Source: an uncultured virus (IMG/VR IMGVR_UViG_3300028588_000812)
Taxonomy: Duplodnaviria; Heunggongvirae; Uroviricota; Caudoviricetes
Virus record (IMG/VR): IMGVR_UViG_3300028588_000812
Strand: one strand, 5' to 3'
Length of the DNA stretch: 64,000 nucleotides
Part shown: positions 1-9,974 of the stretch, in pieces
Layout: the number at the start of each line of letters is the position of its first letter
Numbering within the stretch: the first letter of the stretch is position 1
Translations under genes and position numbers: made by a program
The notes under the pieces: model-generated
The model's input: only the letters and a program-made list of their open reading frames with translations
Databases searched by the model: none
What the model was told of the DNA's origin: nothing

Positions 1-669
1 ATGAATACCGAACAAATACACTTTACAAGCGACCACCATTTCCAACATGAAAATATAATCAAATTTGGAAGAGGTCATGGACAGTTCAAAACCATTAATC
101 ATCACGATAAGATACTTTGTGACAATTGGTACAGAACTGTTGCGCCTTCAGATAAAATTATCCTACTTGGAGATATCGCCCTTGGGGATGCAGAAAAAAG
201 CCTAGATTATTTCAGATGGCTACCAGGAATTAAACTTCTAGTGCCAGGAAATCATGACAAGATTTTTTCTGGTAACTCAAAAACACATGTTGAAAGATGG
301 TGGAAGAAATATGAAGAAGTAGGTTTTGAAATTCTACCAGAAACATATCATATGGATATTCCTACTAAGAATGGTAATGTTGAAGTAGTTCTTTCACATT
401 TCCCTTATGGAAGAACTCAACATGAAAGCATTAAAGATAAGCATAAAAAGTATCGTCCAGAGTTTGAAGGTAAACCTCTTATTCATGGGCATACTCATTC
501 AGAGAATAAAACAAATGCAGAAAACCCCTACGAATATCACGTAGGGGTTGACGCGCATGATTTTACGCCAGTGCCAATGTCAACAATAGTTGACTGGCTC
601 GAAAACACGCCAGAACTTACATCTTCAAAGAAGAAACCAAATCTAGCGCAAAAACATAGCCAACTTTAG
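1..669 (+). CDS. Calcineurin-like metallophosphoesterase
   Basis: Motifs SDHHFQH, LGD, PGNHD, SHFP, HGHTH. Confidence 0.9.
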   Translation: MNTEQIHFTSDHHFQHENIIKFGRGHGQFKTINHHDKILCDNWYRTVAPSDKIILLGDIALGDAEKSLDYFRWLPGIKLLVPGNHDKIFSGNSKTHVERWWKKYEEVGFEILPETYHMDIPTKNGNVEVVLSHFPYGRTQHESIKDKHKKYRPEFEGKPLIHGHTHSENKTNAENPYEYHVGVDAHDFTPVPMSTIVDWLENTPELTSSKKKPNLAQKHSQL

Positions 670-886
670 GTTTCCAAACAAGATGACCAGCTAAACCGGA
701 AGGTAGAGAAACTTCTACAGAAGGAATCATCTTGACGTAAGAAGCATCTAAACGCCTAACATGAGACATAATATGAAGCAAAGAACGCAAATCCGTTTCA
801 GTCAAACCAGAAACTTCTGTTTCAGCTTTCTTATTTAAATTAATAACCTCAGTGAGGTCGTTGATTTCTTTGTTGTCATCACTCAT
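617..886 (-). CDS. Hypothetical protein (start probably MSDDNK)
   Basis: ORF track; co-oriented with neighbours. Confidence 0.55.
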   Translation of the reverse strand: MSDDNKEINDLTEVINLNKKAETEVSGLTETDLRSLLHIMSHVRRLDASYVKMIPSVEVSLPSGLAGHLVWKPKVGYVFALDLVSSLKM

Positions 887-925
887 ACATACAATACTAT
901 CATAAAAGATAATCAAACGCTAGCT

Positions 926-1180
926 TTAAATAGTAGACAGATGTGTTTCAAAAGCATCATATGTATAAAAAGTTTTACATGACCTTACAATACATGAAGG
1001 TCCACCTAATACATCTACATATGACAAAGCTCCGTCTAAAGCTAAACTCACATTACCGTACTCAAATTCAACATCGCTTAGCACATCAGTATCTTTACTG
1101 AAAGAAATATGCCAACGCCAAAACATTAAAACATCATCGTAGAAAGCCGAAACATCACAAAAAGTCATATTACGCATCAA
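926..1180 (-). CDS. Hypothetical protein
   Basis: ORF overlapping the upstream ORF end. Confidence 0.55.
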   Translation of the reverse strand: MMRNMTFCDVSAFYDDVLMFWRWHISFSKDTDVLSDVEFEYGNVSLALDGALSYVDVLGGPSCIVRSCKTFYTYDAFETHLSTI

Positions 1181-1382
1181 ATCTACGAGAGCGAACTAGT
1201 TCTAGCAAACTGTTTAATGCATCTTCACCATTTTCAAAATGACGACCATCATGGCGACCACGTACCATCATAATATGGTCACAAATAGCATCATCTAGGC
1301 TATAACCATCTAGAACCCAAGGTGTGTCGGGAAAACCATCCCAAGGGTCGGTAATAGCTTTATATTGTTCAGAATTAGTCAT
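1170..1382 (-). CDS. Hypothetical protein
   Basis: ORF with promoter-like sequence just upstream. Confidence 0.6.
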   Translation of the reverse strand: MTNSEQYKAITDPWDGFPDTPWVLDGYSLDDAICDHIMMVRGRHDGRHFENGEDALNSLLELVRSRRFDA

Positions 1383-1647
1383 AGCTCTATCATAGCAAAT
1401 ATTGCGATAAACCCTTATAAAAAGCTCTATCTCAATATTTTACTTAATTATTTTGGGCAACAAAAAAGCCACCATTTCTGGTGGCTTTAAAGCTATCTTT
1501 GTTTGATTCGCACAACCCGGAATTGTACGCGTCCCCTGACGCAGAAAGAAAAAACTGCGACGAACCTATGCTGATTGCGTAATATTCAATATAGATAACC
1601 TATCACAGTTACCTAAAATTGAGTGATAGATATTACCAACCAGCGAG

Positions 1648-1729
1648 TAGCCCCCACGGGAGTCGAACCCGCACTTCCTAAGAAACTAGAGCCTAAATCT
1701 AGCGCGTCTGCCAATTCCGCCAAGGAGCC
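1648..1729 (-). tRNA. tRNA-Leu(TAG)
   Basis: Cloverleaf, long V arm, loop TT-TAG-GC. Confidence 0.92.
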
Positions 1730-1858
1730 ATAATCCGAATGGTGCCTAGCCTAAGCCAGAGGACCGAGACCACCGGAAATCTTATTTTTAATTATTTGTT
1801 ATTACGTAGGAACCCAAACCGTCATTCCAAATTTAGACTGAAACGCTGCGTAAGGGGC

Positions 1859-1935
<77 letters not shown>

Positions 1936-1978
1936 ATTAGTTTGTTACTTTATCTTGCCTGTTTGACTTGATATATCT

Positions 1979-2007
1979 ATCATAGCATAGATTTCTTAGT
2001 CGTGCAA
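1979..2007 (-). promoter_or_regulatory. Sigma70/SigA-type promoter
   Basis: TTGCAC-N17-TATGAT with TG extension, upstream of tRNAs. Confidence 0.7.
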
Positions 2008-2145
2008 CAAATATCGGCATATTTTAGAAATATTTTTACATTTTGACTAATATTTATCTAAAGCTTACTATAATACCTGGTCAGAGACTATTTTTATTTA
2101 CGAAAACTTTGAAATATTTGTAAATTAGTTTTAAATTACTTCACA

Positions 2146-2412
2146 TTAATCCTTATTATCCTGTTTCGGCTCCACTTTTTCTGTAGATAATACTTCTGGT
2201 CTTACTTTTCTGCTAAACATAAGAGGGTCTGTTTCTTGCAAAGAATCTTTGTTTGTTACCAGAGAGCCAGCTAGAAAACCTATACCCAAAAAGATAAGAC
2301 TAGTATTACTAGTAAAAATTCCTGTTGCCACAAAAACTATACCTAAAACAATTAAAGTTACACTTAGAATGCCTATCTTCATAAATGGTTCTTTATTCGT
2401 TGTCATCTTCAT
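2146..2412 (-). CDS. Small 2-TM membrane protein
   Basis: Two hydrophobic segments. Confidence 0.75.
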   Translation of the reverse strand: MKMTTNKEPFMKIGILSVTLIVLGIVFVATGIFTSNTSLIFLGIGFLAGSLVTNKDSLQETDPLMFSRKVRPEVLSTEKVEPKQDNKD

Positions 2413-2608
2413 CTTCCTCCTCTAAATTCTGTTCCTCTCTTTCGTGTTTCCACGTTATTCCGTAAAGGATACTCAAAGCCATTGAACTTAAACTTATAGA
2501 ATAGTATAAGATGCTTTCCTGCATCAAACCATAATAGATAAAAACCAAGCCTAAAATAGCAAAAACTAGACTTGTTGCTTCTTTAGTTCTCTGCTTAGCT
2601 GTTTTCAT
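2393..2608 (-). CDS. Small 2-TM membrane protein
   Basis: Two hydrophobic segments; overlaps neighbours. Confidence 0.75.
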   Translation of the reverse strand: MKTAKQRTKEATSLVFAILGLVFIYYGLMQESILYYSISLSSMALSILYGITWKHEREEQNLEEEDEDDNE

Positions 2609-2816
2609 TATTAAGATTGACTTCTTTTGCTAATCGTTTTTGCATAGTTTTAGAGACATATACGAAAACACCACCCAAAATAAGAAATGTTATTCCACAT
2701 ATAACGAATACTAAACTGTTTGTAACAAATCCAGCAAGAAAACATAATAAGCTTATAGGAAAGTATGTAAGACCTACTAAATGATAAACTTTTTGGGTAT
2801 CTTGTTGAGTTGCCAT
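2595..2816 (-). CDS. Small 2-TM membrane protein
   Basis: Two hydrophobic segments. Confidence 0.75.
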   Translation of the reverse strand: MATQQDTQKVYHLVGLTYFPISLLCFLAGFVTNSLVFVICGITFLILGGVFVYVSKTMQKRLAKEVNLNNENS

Positions 2817-2817
2817 T

Positions 2818-3039
2818 TTATTTTCCTTTACTGCTGCTATTAGCAGCTATCTTTCGTAAATAATGTATTGGATTTTCAAAAGCAAATATAACACCTGATG
2901 TAAGGAACACTATGCTTAATACACTATATATTATAAAATCTTCTGATATACCTAGCATGCCATAAACTATGGCTAATACTAGGTATATCAGACTGATTAT
3001 ATTTAATCTAGGTTTTTCTGCTTCTGTACTTTTATCCAT
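2818..3039 (-). CDS. Small 2-TM membrane protein
   Basis: Two hydrophobic segments. Confidence 0.75.
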   Translation of the reverse strand: MDKSTEAEKPRLNIISLIYLVLAIVYGMLGISEDFIIYSVLSIVFLTSGVIFAFENPIHYLRKIAANSSSKGK

Positions 3040-3221
3040 TAAGAGTTTGAAGCGCTAGTAGTTTCAAAAGGTGGCTTTAAACCATATTTTATACCCAATA
3101 ATAGCCATACAATACCTAACGCAGCAAAAGCAATACTACTTGCTGGGAAACTTAATACTATGAAAATTACTCCTAAAATTAAATAAGTTACATTTAAAGT
3201 GTTAAATTTCCAGTTTTCCAT
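3039..3221 (-). CDS. Small 2-TM membrane protein
   Basis: Two hydrophobic segments; TAATG coupling. Confidence 0.75.
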   Translation of the reverse strand: MENWKFNTLNVTYLILGVIFIVLSFPASSIAFAALGIVWLLLGIKYGLKPPFETTSASNS

Positions 3222-3247
3222 TAGTTTCTCTTTTCTTAATTAGTGAA

Positions 3248-3616
3248 TTATTCTGATTTTTTATCTTCTGTTGATGTACTAGGTACATCGCCTGTATCAG
3301 TTTCTAGGTATTCAATGTCATCTTTTTTGTTCTCATCTATTTTATCTAGATTTTCACGGGTAAACGGTTCTGTTTTGTCTGCAACAGGTTTTTCTGGCGC
3401 ATCTTTTTTATTACCGAACCAGTTGTTAACATTGAATGGGTCATTATTGTTGTTTGCACTAATAGCGTAAAATACAATACCGACTGCTACGAAAGCGAAA
3501 TTGGTTGTTGCAAAACCTATAATAATGAATACTAATCCAAGTGTAATATACGTTTGGTCATTAGATTTTTGCGTATTTGGGTCTAAATTGTCTTTGTTTG
3601 GTGATTGGTTTGTCAT
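3248..3616 (-). CDS. Membrane protein (start trimmed to MTNQSP)
   Basis: GAGGGAAG SD before ATG; longer ORF runs into tRNA-Thr. Confidence 0.7.
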   Translation of the reverse strand: MTNQSPNKDNLDPNTQKSNDQTYITLGLVFIIIGFATTNFAFVAVGIVFYAISANNNNDPFNVNNWFGNKKDAPEKPVADKTEPFTRENLDKIDENKKDDIEYLETDTGDVPSTSTEDKKSE

Positions 3617-3702
3617 AATACTCTTCCCCTCAGTTGAGTTGTTACTATCTATTATAACAAATATCGCCCATTTAACCAGATTTAGGTTAAATGGGCGATT
3701 AA

Positions 3703-3777
3703 TGGAGCCGTCTACGGGGATTGAACCCGTGACCTCTTTCTTACCAAGAAAGTGCTCTACCACTGAGCTAAGAAGGC
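3703..3777 (-). tRNA. tRNA-Thr(GGT)
   Basis: Cloverleaf, CCA encoded. Confidence 0.93.
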
Positions 3778-3802
3778 ATATACAGAATATTCAATTGTAT
3801 TT

Positions 3803-3879
3803 TGGAGCGAGTGACCAGATTCGAACTGGCACGATCAGTTTGGAAGACTGAGATGCTAACCATTAAACATCACACTCGC
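3803..3879 (-). tRNA. tRNA-Gly(TCC)
   Basis: Cloverleaf, CCA encoded. Confidence 0.93.
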
Positions 3880-3932
3880 ATTGTTAAATTTTTCAGTAAC
3901 CTTATTTTCATAAGTTTAACATGTTACTTTTG

Positions 3933-4006
3933 AGGGGTAAACGGGACTCGAACCCGCGACCTTCACCTTGGCAAGGTGACGCTCTAGCCAACTGAGCTAT
4001 TACCCC
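3933..4006 (-). tRNA. tRNA-Gly(GCC)
   Basis: Cloverleaf. Confidence 0.93.
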
Positions 4007-4037
4007 AAATATTACTTGCTGGGGTTGTTATACTACT

Positions 4038-4066
4038 ATCATAGCATAAACTTTTTTGTTGTGCAA
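4038..4066 (-). promoter_or_regulatory. Sigma70/SigA-type promoter
   Basis: TTGCAC-N17-TATGAT. Confidence 0.7.
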
Positions 4067-4087
4067 GTAATATCGGCAAAAATTATT

Positions 4088-4906
4088 TTAATTGCTATAT
4101 AATCCATATCCAGACGAATGATTACTAGTAATTGAGCCATGATTACCAAGAATGAAAGGTACATCTTCTAATTTCCAACTGAAATTATCCAGACCGTTAC
4201 CAACAATAAACATAATAATCTTCACAAGCTCGCTAGGGCTATCATCACCATCTAAATAATAATCATAGTCATAATCATCTTCTACCCTCAATACAACAGT
4301 GTTGTAATAGTTTGGGTCGCTTTTTTCAAGATAAATTGAATCTTTAGGGGGTTCATAAACCTTAAATTCCATAAGCCTGACTATTTCTATGTCATCGTTC
4401 TGATTTGTAATCTCAGCTAGTGGTTCTGCTTTTACATCATTTGACTTAGAATTTTCTATTTCTTCGTCACTATACATGTCATCAAAATAGTCATCATGCT
4501 TACGAGCTTCTTTGATTTGTTCACCATAAGATTTCATTTCAGCATGTCTAGCTGCTCGTGTAGCTTTTTCTCTCGCTGCTGCTACTCTAGACTCGTTTAT
4601 TCTACGTATGACTTGATTTTGACGTTGAATTTCTTCTTCTGTTTCTGTCCAAGTCTCAATTTCGTTAATAATAAAGTTTAATCCAGCTTTTTCAAGTTTT
4701 TCCACTTTATCTCTGTTAATAGCGTACTCTTCGTATTCACTGAAAAGATTATCAGCACTAAAACCGAGAGCTTCAGAATTTTTAGCATAATTATCAGACA
4801 ACTGCTGATGAGTAAGGTTTAAATTATCTGGAATGGTTACGATGTATGTTCCTGTTTTCCCATGTCCATCGTCTGACCAATCGCCTAATACTATTTGAAA
4901 TAACAT
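4088..4906 (-). CDS. Hypothetical protein, paralog of 4990-5508
   Basis: Shared N-terminal LGDxSxDGH and C-terminal GYGxYxN. Confidence 0.8.
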   Translation of the reverse strand: MLFQIVLGDWSDDGHGKTGTYIVTIPDNLNLTHQQLSDNYAKNSEALGFSADNLFSEYEEYAINRDKVEKLEKAGLNFIINEIETWTETEEEIQRQNQVIRRINESRVAAAREKATRAARHAEMKSYGEQIKEARKHDDYFDDMYSDEEIENSKSNDVKAEPLAEITNQNDDIEIVRLMEFKVYEPPKDSIYLEKSDPNYYNTVVLRVEDDYDYDYYLDGDDSPSELVKIIMFIVGNGLDNFSWKLEDVPFILGNHGSITSNHSSGYGLYSN

Positions 4907-4989
4907 AATTTAAGCTTACCAGATTATCCATTTTGGATACAGTTTTGCCCTATCTAAAATACTATTAGATAGGGCAAAATAAGTTTTAT

Positions 4990-5493
4990 TTAGTTACCGT
5001 AGAAGCCGTAGCCAGGGTTTCCTTCACCTTGAGCATTAAGGCTTTCAGCTTTGATATCTTGAAAGCTCCAAGTGAAACCTTCTAAGCCTTTGCCAAACAT
5101 ATGCATTACAATTCTAATGTAACCAATATTAGAATAGTCTTCTTCATAGAAGTAGAAGTTACCTTTATCGTTTGCTTCTTCTTCTAGAACAACAATATTC
5201 TGGTCTGTGCGACTTTTTGGGTCAGTGTAACTTTCTGGTAATTTAGTTCCCCAGTCAGCTTTAACAAATGTTAAACCGTCTTCTTCTAATGCGGCAATTT
5301 GTTTTGGGCGAATTGTTGGCGAATCATACTCGTCAGCAATATCACTATAACCAAAACCAAGGCGTTTACGGTTGACCTTGTAATTCGCTCGAAGTTGAGC
5401 TTTAGAGATTTCATCTGAAACGTTTACATAAAATGCTTCACTGATTGAATGTCCATCGCCGGAAGCATCGCCTAATTCTAATTTAAATAACAT
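4990..5493 (-). CDS. Hypothetical protein, paralog of 4088-4906
   Basis: LGDASGDGH motif; start at MLFKLE. Confidence 0.8.
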   Translation of the reverse strand: MLFKLELGDASGDGHSISEAFYVNVSDEISKAQLRANYKVNRKRLGFGYSDIADEYDSPTIRPKQIAALEEDGLTFVKADWGTKLPESYTDPKSRTDQNIVVLEEEANDKGNFYFYEEDYSNIGYIRIVMHMFGKGLEGFTWSFQDIKAESLNAQGEGNPGYGFYGN

Positions 5494-5584
5494 AGTTAAG
5501 TATAACATTATTTTATACTATTTGCAACTAAAGCACCTATAAGTATTGCCTTCAAACTGAATATGTTTGAAGGCAATACTTATT

Positions 5585-5845
5585 TTATTCGCACTCTAAA
5601 AGAAATTTAGCGTTACGTAGCATACGAGACTTATTGAAGTACCTAGTGAAGTTATCGTTAGGTTGGATAAGAGTTACACGGTCAACTTTTTGTTCTACAA
5701 ATTGTTTACATAACTCGTCTGCATAACCTTGCGCCATGCTTTTTACAGCGCGAGCATCAATAATTGGGCTTTTATCTCTGTTAGAAGATACAAGTTTTTG
5801 GGCACTAGAACGTACACCGCAGAGGGCGGGTAAAATAATTGTCAT
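5585..5845 (-). CDS. Hypothetical protein
   Basis: AGGAAGGAG SD. Confidence 0.75.
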   Translation of the reverse strand: MTIILPALCGVRSSAQKLVSSNRDKSPIIDARAVKSMAQGYADELCKQFVEQKVDRVTLIQPNDNFTRYFNKSRMLRNAKFLLECE

Positions 5846-6075
5846 GCTTAACTCCTTCCTGTAGATACTTAAATAGGGTAATCATTGATACTCAATATGA
5901 TTACCCTACCTTCCCTATTGGGATAAAAACCATGAAAACACCACGCTTAGGCATTCCTGTTTTTTGTTACCACGCTACCGTACTGTAACATCTTATACCG
6001 CCGCCCGAAACCCCTAGGTCAGAGTATCTTGCTAGGACATTGCGACAATATAAGCGGGAGGTTTAACCCTCTTTG

Positions 6076-6149
6076 TCGCTGCAACTGGATTTGAACCAGT
6101 GACCGCAGGAGTATGAAGCCTGTGCTCTACCAGACTGAGCTATGCAGCG
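6076..6149 (-). tRNA. tRNA-Met/Ile2(CAT)
   Basis: Cloverleaf, loop TT-CAT-AC, C31:U39 mismatch. Confidence 0.8.
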
Positions 6150-6217
6150 TTACTTTGTTACATTTATAGTATAACATGTTTTCTAAGTTCATGCAAATAT
6201 TTTATTCAGTTATTTTG

Positions 6218-6292
6218 TCGCTTCAATTGGATTTGAACCAATGCTCACAACACTCGGAAATATTGCGCTCTACCTGACTGAGCTATGAAGCG
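6218..6292 (-). tRNA. Atypical tRNA with 8-nt anticodon loop (TTTCCGAG)
   Basis: Body near-identical to 6076-6149; 18-nt anticodon arm. Confidence 0.65.
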
Positions 6293-6324
6293 GTACATCT
6301 TAAAGGATGTAGAAGTTGTTTAAA

Positions 6325-6981
6325 TCATTCGTCATCGTTTTCATCTTCATCAGATAATAGCTCAACGGTATGATTTAGATAATTTTCTTTTAAGAAATCA
6401 TTATTATTAATAATATCTGTTATTTTAGCTTTGATTTTAGCAATGCTTTCTTCGCTACCATTTGAGCCTTCATAATAGAAGCAAAAACCTCCATCTTTAC
6501 TACCGCTACACAAATCAGAAGTAACCCATTCATTTTCATCTAACTCAAAAGAGCGAAAGATATCAAATACAACTTCAAAACGTTCATCTTCTATAATGCC
6601 GTTTTCTGTTGGCTTCACATACAAATCCATTGTTACTGTTGGTTCGTAAATATTAGAAGTTTCTTCGTATTCTTTTTCACGTTCTTCTTCTGATTTTTCG
6701 TATTCTACCTCAATAGTTTCTAAACCTTCAAGAACAGCAGTGGCGAAGCGATGCGTACCGTTAAGCACTGCCTGGTACTCGCTGTCGTCCTCTCTAACGG
6801 CAGTTCCCACGTAGATGGGGTGTCTGAACGCACCATCCCTCTCTAGCGCCTTAGAAAGCCTTTTAATGATAATGCTTTCTGTTGGAGAGTTAACTAAATA
6901 CGAAATTGTTTCTTCCCAATTTGCATCTTTTGGATAAATTGGTTTAACGTGTTGAAGAATTTCTTGTACTTTAACTTGCAA
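6325..6981 (-). CDS. ParB/Srx N-terminal domain protein
   Basis: PIYV...VLNGTHRF motif. Confidence 0.65.
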   Translation of the reverse strand: MQVKVQEILQHVKPIYPKDANWEETISYLVNSPTESIIIKRLSKALERDGAFRHPIYVGTAVREDDSEYQAVLNGTHRFATAVLEGLETIEVEYEKSEEEREKEYEETSNIYEPTVTMDLYVKPTENGIIEDERFEVVFDIFRSFELDENEWVTSDLCSGSKDGGFCFYYEGSNGSEESIAKIKAKITDIINNNDFLKENYLNHTVELLSDEDENDDE

Positions 6982-7377
6982 TTATGTTCCTAAAATTTTA
7001 TGTGACATGGTAAGTTTACCAAGCTGAATAGTTTTACCATCAATAACTTTATCAACAGTAATATGGGGAGTGTATTCACTATAACGAGTATCTAAAATTT
7101 GGTTTTTCTCGGTTAACAGTTGTTTAGCTATTTCGTAGCTTTCACTAATTGATTTCGTAGACTTGATTTTTGCTACTAACATATCATGATTGTCACCGAA
7201 AAGTTCGTGACTTTCAATTTCTACTCTTGGGCTTAAATCTTGTAAAGAAAGTTTAAGCATCAGTTCTGCAAAGAGTCCATGACAAACTTGATAGTTTGTT
7301 TCTTCGCTGGTGATTAGAGTTAGATGGGCATAAGGTACATTGATTTCTTCTGAGATTACAGGATAATAAATAATCAA
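6982..7377 (-). CDS. 2H phosphoesterase (LigT / Acb1-like)
   Basis: Two HxT motifs (AHLTL, YTPHITV); TTG start inferred because the longer ORF overlaps tRNA-Arg. Confidence 0.75.
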   Translation of the reverse strand: MIIYYPVISEEINVPYAHLTLITSEETNYQVCHGLFAELMLKLSLQDLSPRVEIESHELFGDNHDMLVAKIKSTKSISESYEIAKQLLTEKNQILDTRYSEYTPHITVDKVIDGKTIQLGKLTMSHKILGT

Positions 7378-7395
7378 TGCACTTCTTTCTCTGTA

Positions 7396-7470
7396 TGGTG
7401 CCCCCAGAGGGATTCGAACCCCCGACAAACTGGGTAGAAACCAGTTGCTCTTCCGCTGAGCTATGAAGGC
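7396..7470 (-). tRNA. tRNA-Arg(TCT)
   Basis: Cloverleaf, CCA encoded. Confidence 0.93.
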
Positions 7471-7536
7471 AAAACCCACCATAAACTGAAACTTAATTCC
7501 AATTCAGCTTTCTAGAAGTCGCAAGGTGGGACTGCG

Positions 7537-7621
7537 CGGAGAGTGAGAGATTTGAACTCTCGGTAGTTTTACCTACTTTAGTTTTCAAGACTAACGCATT
7601 CGGCCGCTCTGCCAACTCTCC
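7537..7621 (-). tRNA. tRNA-Ser(TGA)
   Basis: Cloverleaf, long V arm. Confidence 0.93.
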
Positions 7622-7685
7622 ATTGTTACTGAAATATTCCTCAGTAACTGTTCTTTATTACTATACCATATTATCGGCGTTTATG

Positions 7686-8159
7686 TCAATTCTTAATAGG
7701 AATATCAGAAGAATTTTTATTATTTACTAATTTAAAGCTTACTTCGTCAGGATTTATCTTCGCACCAACCAAGCTAATCTCTGTTGCATATAAACGGAAG
7801 TCCATTGTACACATACGGTCTTTGTCTGGTTCTTTGTACGTTATTGTAATAAGGTTTTGTGGGTCCATATCAATTGTATCAATTACATTGGGGCACGTTC
7901 CACTTGCTCCATTAAGTAAAACAAAACCGTTTTCTTTAATTTGCGCAATTGCAGGTACATCTTCAAACTGTTCGCCAAAGTCCCATTTGTCTGATATATC
8001 TTGGGTTGTGAACTCTAATGTTCCTTGGTCAACTATATCTGATTTAGAAGGTCTAGGTTCAATCTGTTTACCAGGTGTATCTGAATTACTATTGATGCTG
8101 CAAGCGGTTAATGAAGTTAACAGTAATACAGCAAAAGATAGCCCTACAAGTTTTTTCAT
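7686..8159 (-). CDS. Lipoprotein
   Basis: Signal peptide with lipobox LTAC; CP..CTMD motif. Confidence 0.8.
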   Translation of the reverse strand: MKKLVGLSFAVLLLTSLTACSINSNSDTPGKQIEPRPSKSDIVDQGTLEFTTQDISDKWDFGEQFEDVPAIAQIKENGFVLLNGASGTCPNVIDTIDMDPQNLITITYKEPDKDRMCTMDFRLYATEISLVGAKINPDEVSFKLVNNKNSSDIPIKN

Positions 8160-8209
8160 GGTGTTCCTTTAAATAACATGTGTTGATTAATTGTACCACA
8201 TATTGTATA

Positions 8210-9238
8210 TTACCATCTACGAGCATTACGCTCAGCCGTGCGTCGAGCATTTTCATTTCTATTACGAATATATTCAGCTTGCTCATTTCTTCTTAGTTGA
8301 GCATCAAAGCTTTCTTTATCTTTTCTACGCTTTTCAGCAGATGGGACAACCATACTTGCAATACCAGCTAATCCCATAAGGGCAACTTTACTTGCTTTAG
8401 CTGTCACTTCTTTGCGAGCAGCAGCTTGCTGAGCTAACCTTTGTGCTTCTACTTGTTGTGCTGCTGTTTGGGCTTCGAGTTGTGCTTTAATAGCAGCCTG
8501 GTATTCCTGTTCTGCTTCTTCATAACCTTTAGGAACATAAAGCATGTCTTCTGCATAACGGTTTAAGTTAACAGGCATGGCACCAGTTGCTTCCTGCTGC
8601 ACTTGGGAATGTAGATAAAGCATTTCGCCAAAAGTAGGTACTACTACCGCTTTTGTAAAACCATTTCCTACTGCCTCAACGAAATCTACAGCATTTAGGT
8701 ATGCTTGTTTTTGGAAACTAGGTTGTAGACCTAAAGCAATGTTAGCTTTCCAAACTAAGGTGATACTTACGCTAAGTTTTTGTTGAGCGGCAACCAAAGA
8801 AATGCCAAACTTATCTTGATTAACAGAGCTTGCTGTAATTGCTGCCTCTAAATCATTGTCAAGGTATGGAAATAGGTTAGCCATAATACCTTCACGTAAA
8901 CTCCACGCTTTGTTGTTACGAGCAGCATTATCTTGTACATCAAAGCTGGGTAGCCAACGGAATGATTCTACTCTTGTTGCCATAGCAACTTGGTCTTGAA
9001 CATGGTTAGCCATATAAGTGTATGACTGGTCATAAGTAGTTACAGATGATGGAGCTTCACCGTTAAGACGTTGAAAGTCTTTCCAAATGGAAACATAATT
9101 GTCTTTGCTGACTTCAACTTCTGGATTAGGCTCTAAGTGCGCTCCAATAATTCTGTGAGTTAAACACATTTGGGATGCATGAAATGTTCTCGCATCGTGG
9201 CCTTGGATTGGCGCAATACAACGAAAAGCTGTAGTCAT
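8210..9238 (-). CDS. Hypothetical protein
   Basis: 342 aa ORF, AGGAA SD. Confidence 0.8.
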   Translation of the reverse strand: MTTAFRCIAPIQGHDARTFHASQMCLTHRIIGAHLEPNPEVEVSKDNYVSIWKDFQRLNGEAPSSVTTYDQSYTYMANHVQDQVAMATRVESFRWLPSFDVQDNAARNNKAWSLREGIMANLFPYLDNDLEAAITASSVNQDKFGISLVAAQQKLSVSITLVWKANIALGLQPSFQKQAYLNAVDFVEAVGNGFTKAVVVPTFGEMLYLHSQVQQEATGAMPVNLNRYAEDMLYVPKGYEEAEQEYQAAIKAQLEAQTAAQQVEAQRLAQQAAARKEVTAKASKVALMGLAGIASMVVPSAEKRRKDKESFDAQLRRNEQAEYIRNRNENARRTAERNARRW

Positions 9239-9361
9239 AGTATTTCCTATTCTAAAATGAAATGGTTTAGATACAAAACATGCGTTACCTTAGCTAAAAG
9301 GTAACGCATGTAGATGAAGGGGGCGTGAGGCCGCTACCCACGTATGTGGACGACATCAGCG

Positions 9362-9434
9362 TGGAGCCTAGGAGAATCGAACTCCTGACATCCTGCTTGC
9401 AAAGCAGGCACTCTACCAACTGAGTTAAGGCCCC
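9362..9434 (-). tRNA. tRNA-Ala(TGC)
   Basis: Cloverleaf, G3:U70. Confidence 0.95.
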
Positions 9435-9463
9435 ATTAGATTTAGAAAATATTTTCTAATCCG

Positions 9464-9536
9464 AGCGGAAGACGGGACTCGAACCCGCGACATTCACCTT
9501 GGCAAGGTGATGCTCTACCAACTGAGCTACTTCCGC
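9464..9536 (-). tRNA. tRNA-Gly(GCC)
   Basis: Cloverleaf. Confidence 0.95.
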
Positions 9537-9614
9537 ATATAAACAATATGTTTCAATTGCTTATATAATTACTATACCACAATATCGGCAAGAATAGCAA
9601 CTTTTTGAATAAAA

Positions 9615-9971
9615 TTATTTATCTTTATTTTCTCTCCACCATTTTGCATAAGCTTCTGCATTAAATGGACCTACGCGAACTTCATCTGAACGAGATAGTC
9701 TTTCAGCAATTTCTATTGCTTCTTCTAGAGTGAAACGGAATTTATTGACAAATTCTTCTGTAATTTCGTCAGGGCGATTTTCATATTGGTCATTTAAATC
9801 TGTGTCATAATTATCGCTAAGATATGACACAACCCATTTGCCTTCGCGGTGAAGCTTTACATGAACATCGAACTTGTAGCTTTCTGATGCTTCAACTTTT
9901 ACATCTTCTGGCAAAGCATTAAATGTGAAAGTTGTTGCCTTTTTAAAAAGTTCTTCATTAGTGTAAGCCAT
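9615..9971 (-). CDS. Hypothetical protein
   Basis: ORF in operon. Confidence 0.75.
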   Translation of the reverse strand: MAYTNEELFKKATTFTFNALPEDVKVEASESYKFDVHVKLHREGKWVVSYLSDNYDTDLNDQYENRPDEITEEFVNKFRFTLEEAIEIAERLSRSDEVRVGPFNAEAYAKWWRENKDK

Positions 9972-9974
9972 TGT

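Noticed and set aside
6076..6149. Opal suppressor (TCA) reading of this tRNA
   Set aside because: Stem register CAGG/CCTG centres the loop on CAT. ORFs read through normally in code 11, with no sign of recoding.
9316..9360. Theta/HDV-like ribozyme at the tRNA-Ala 3' end
   Set aside because: The trailer is GC-rich, but I could not build the nested double pseudoknot; a motif search would be needed.
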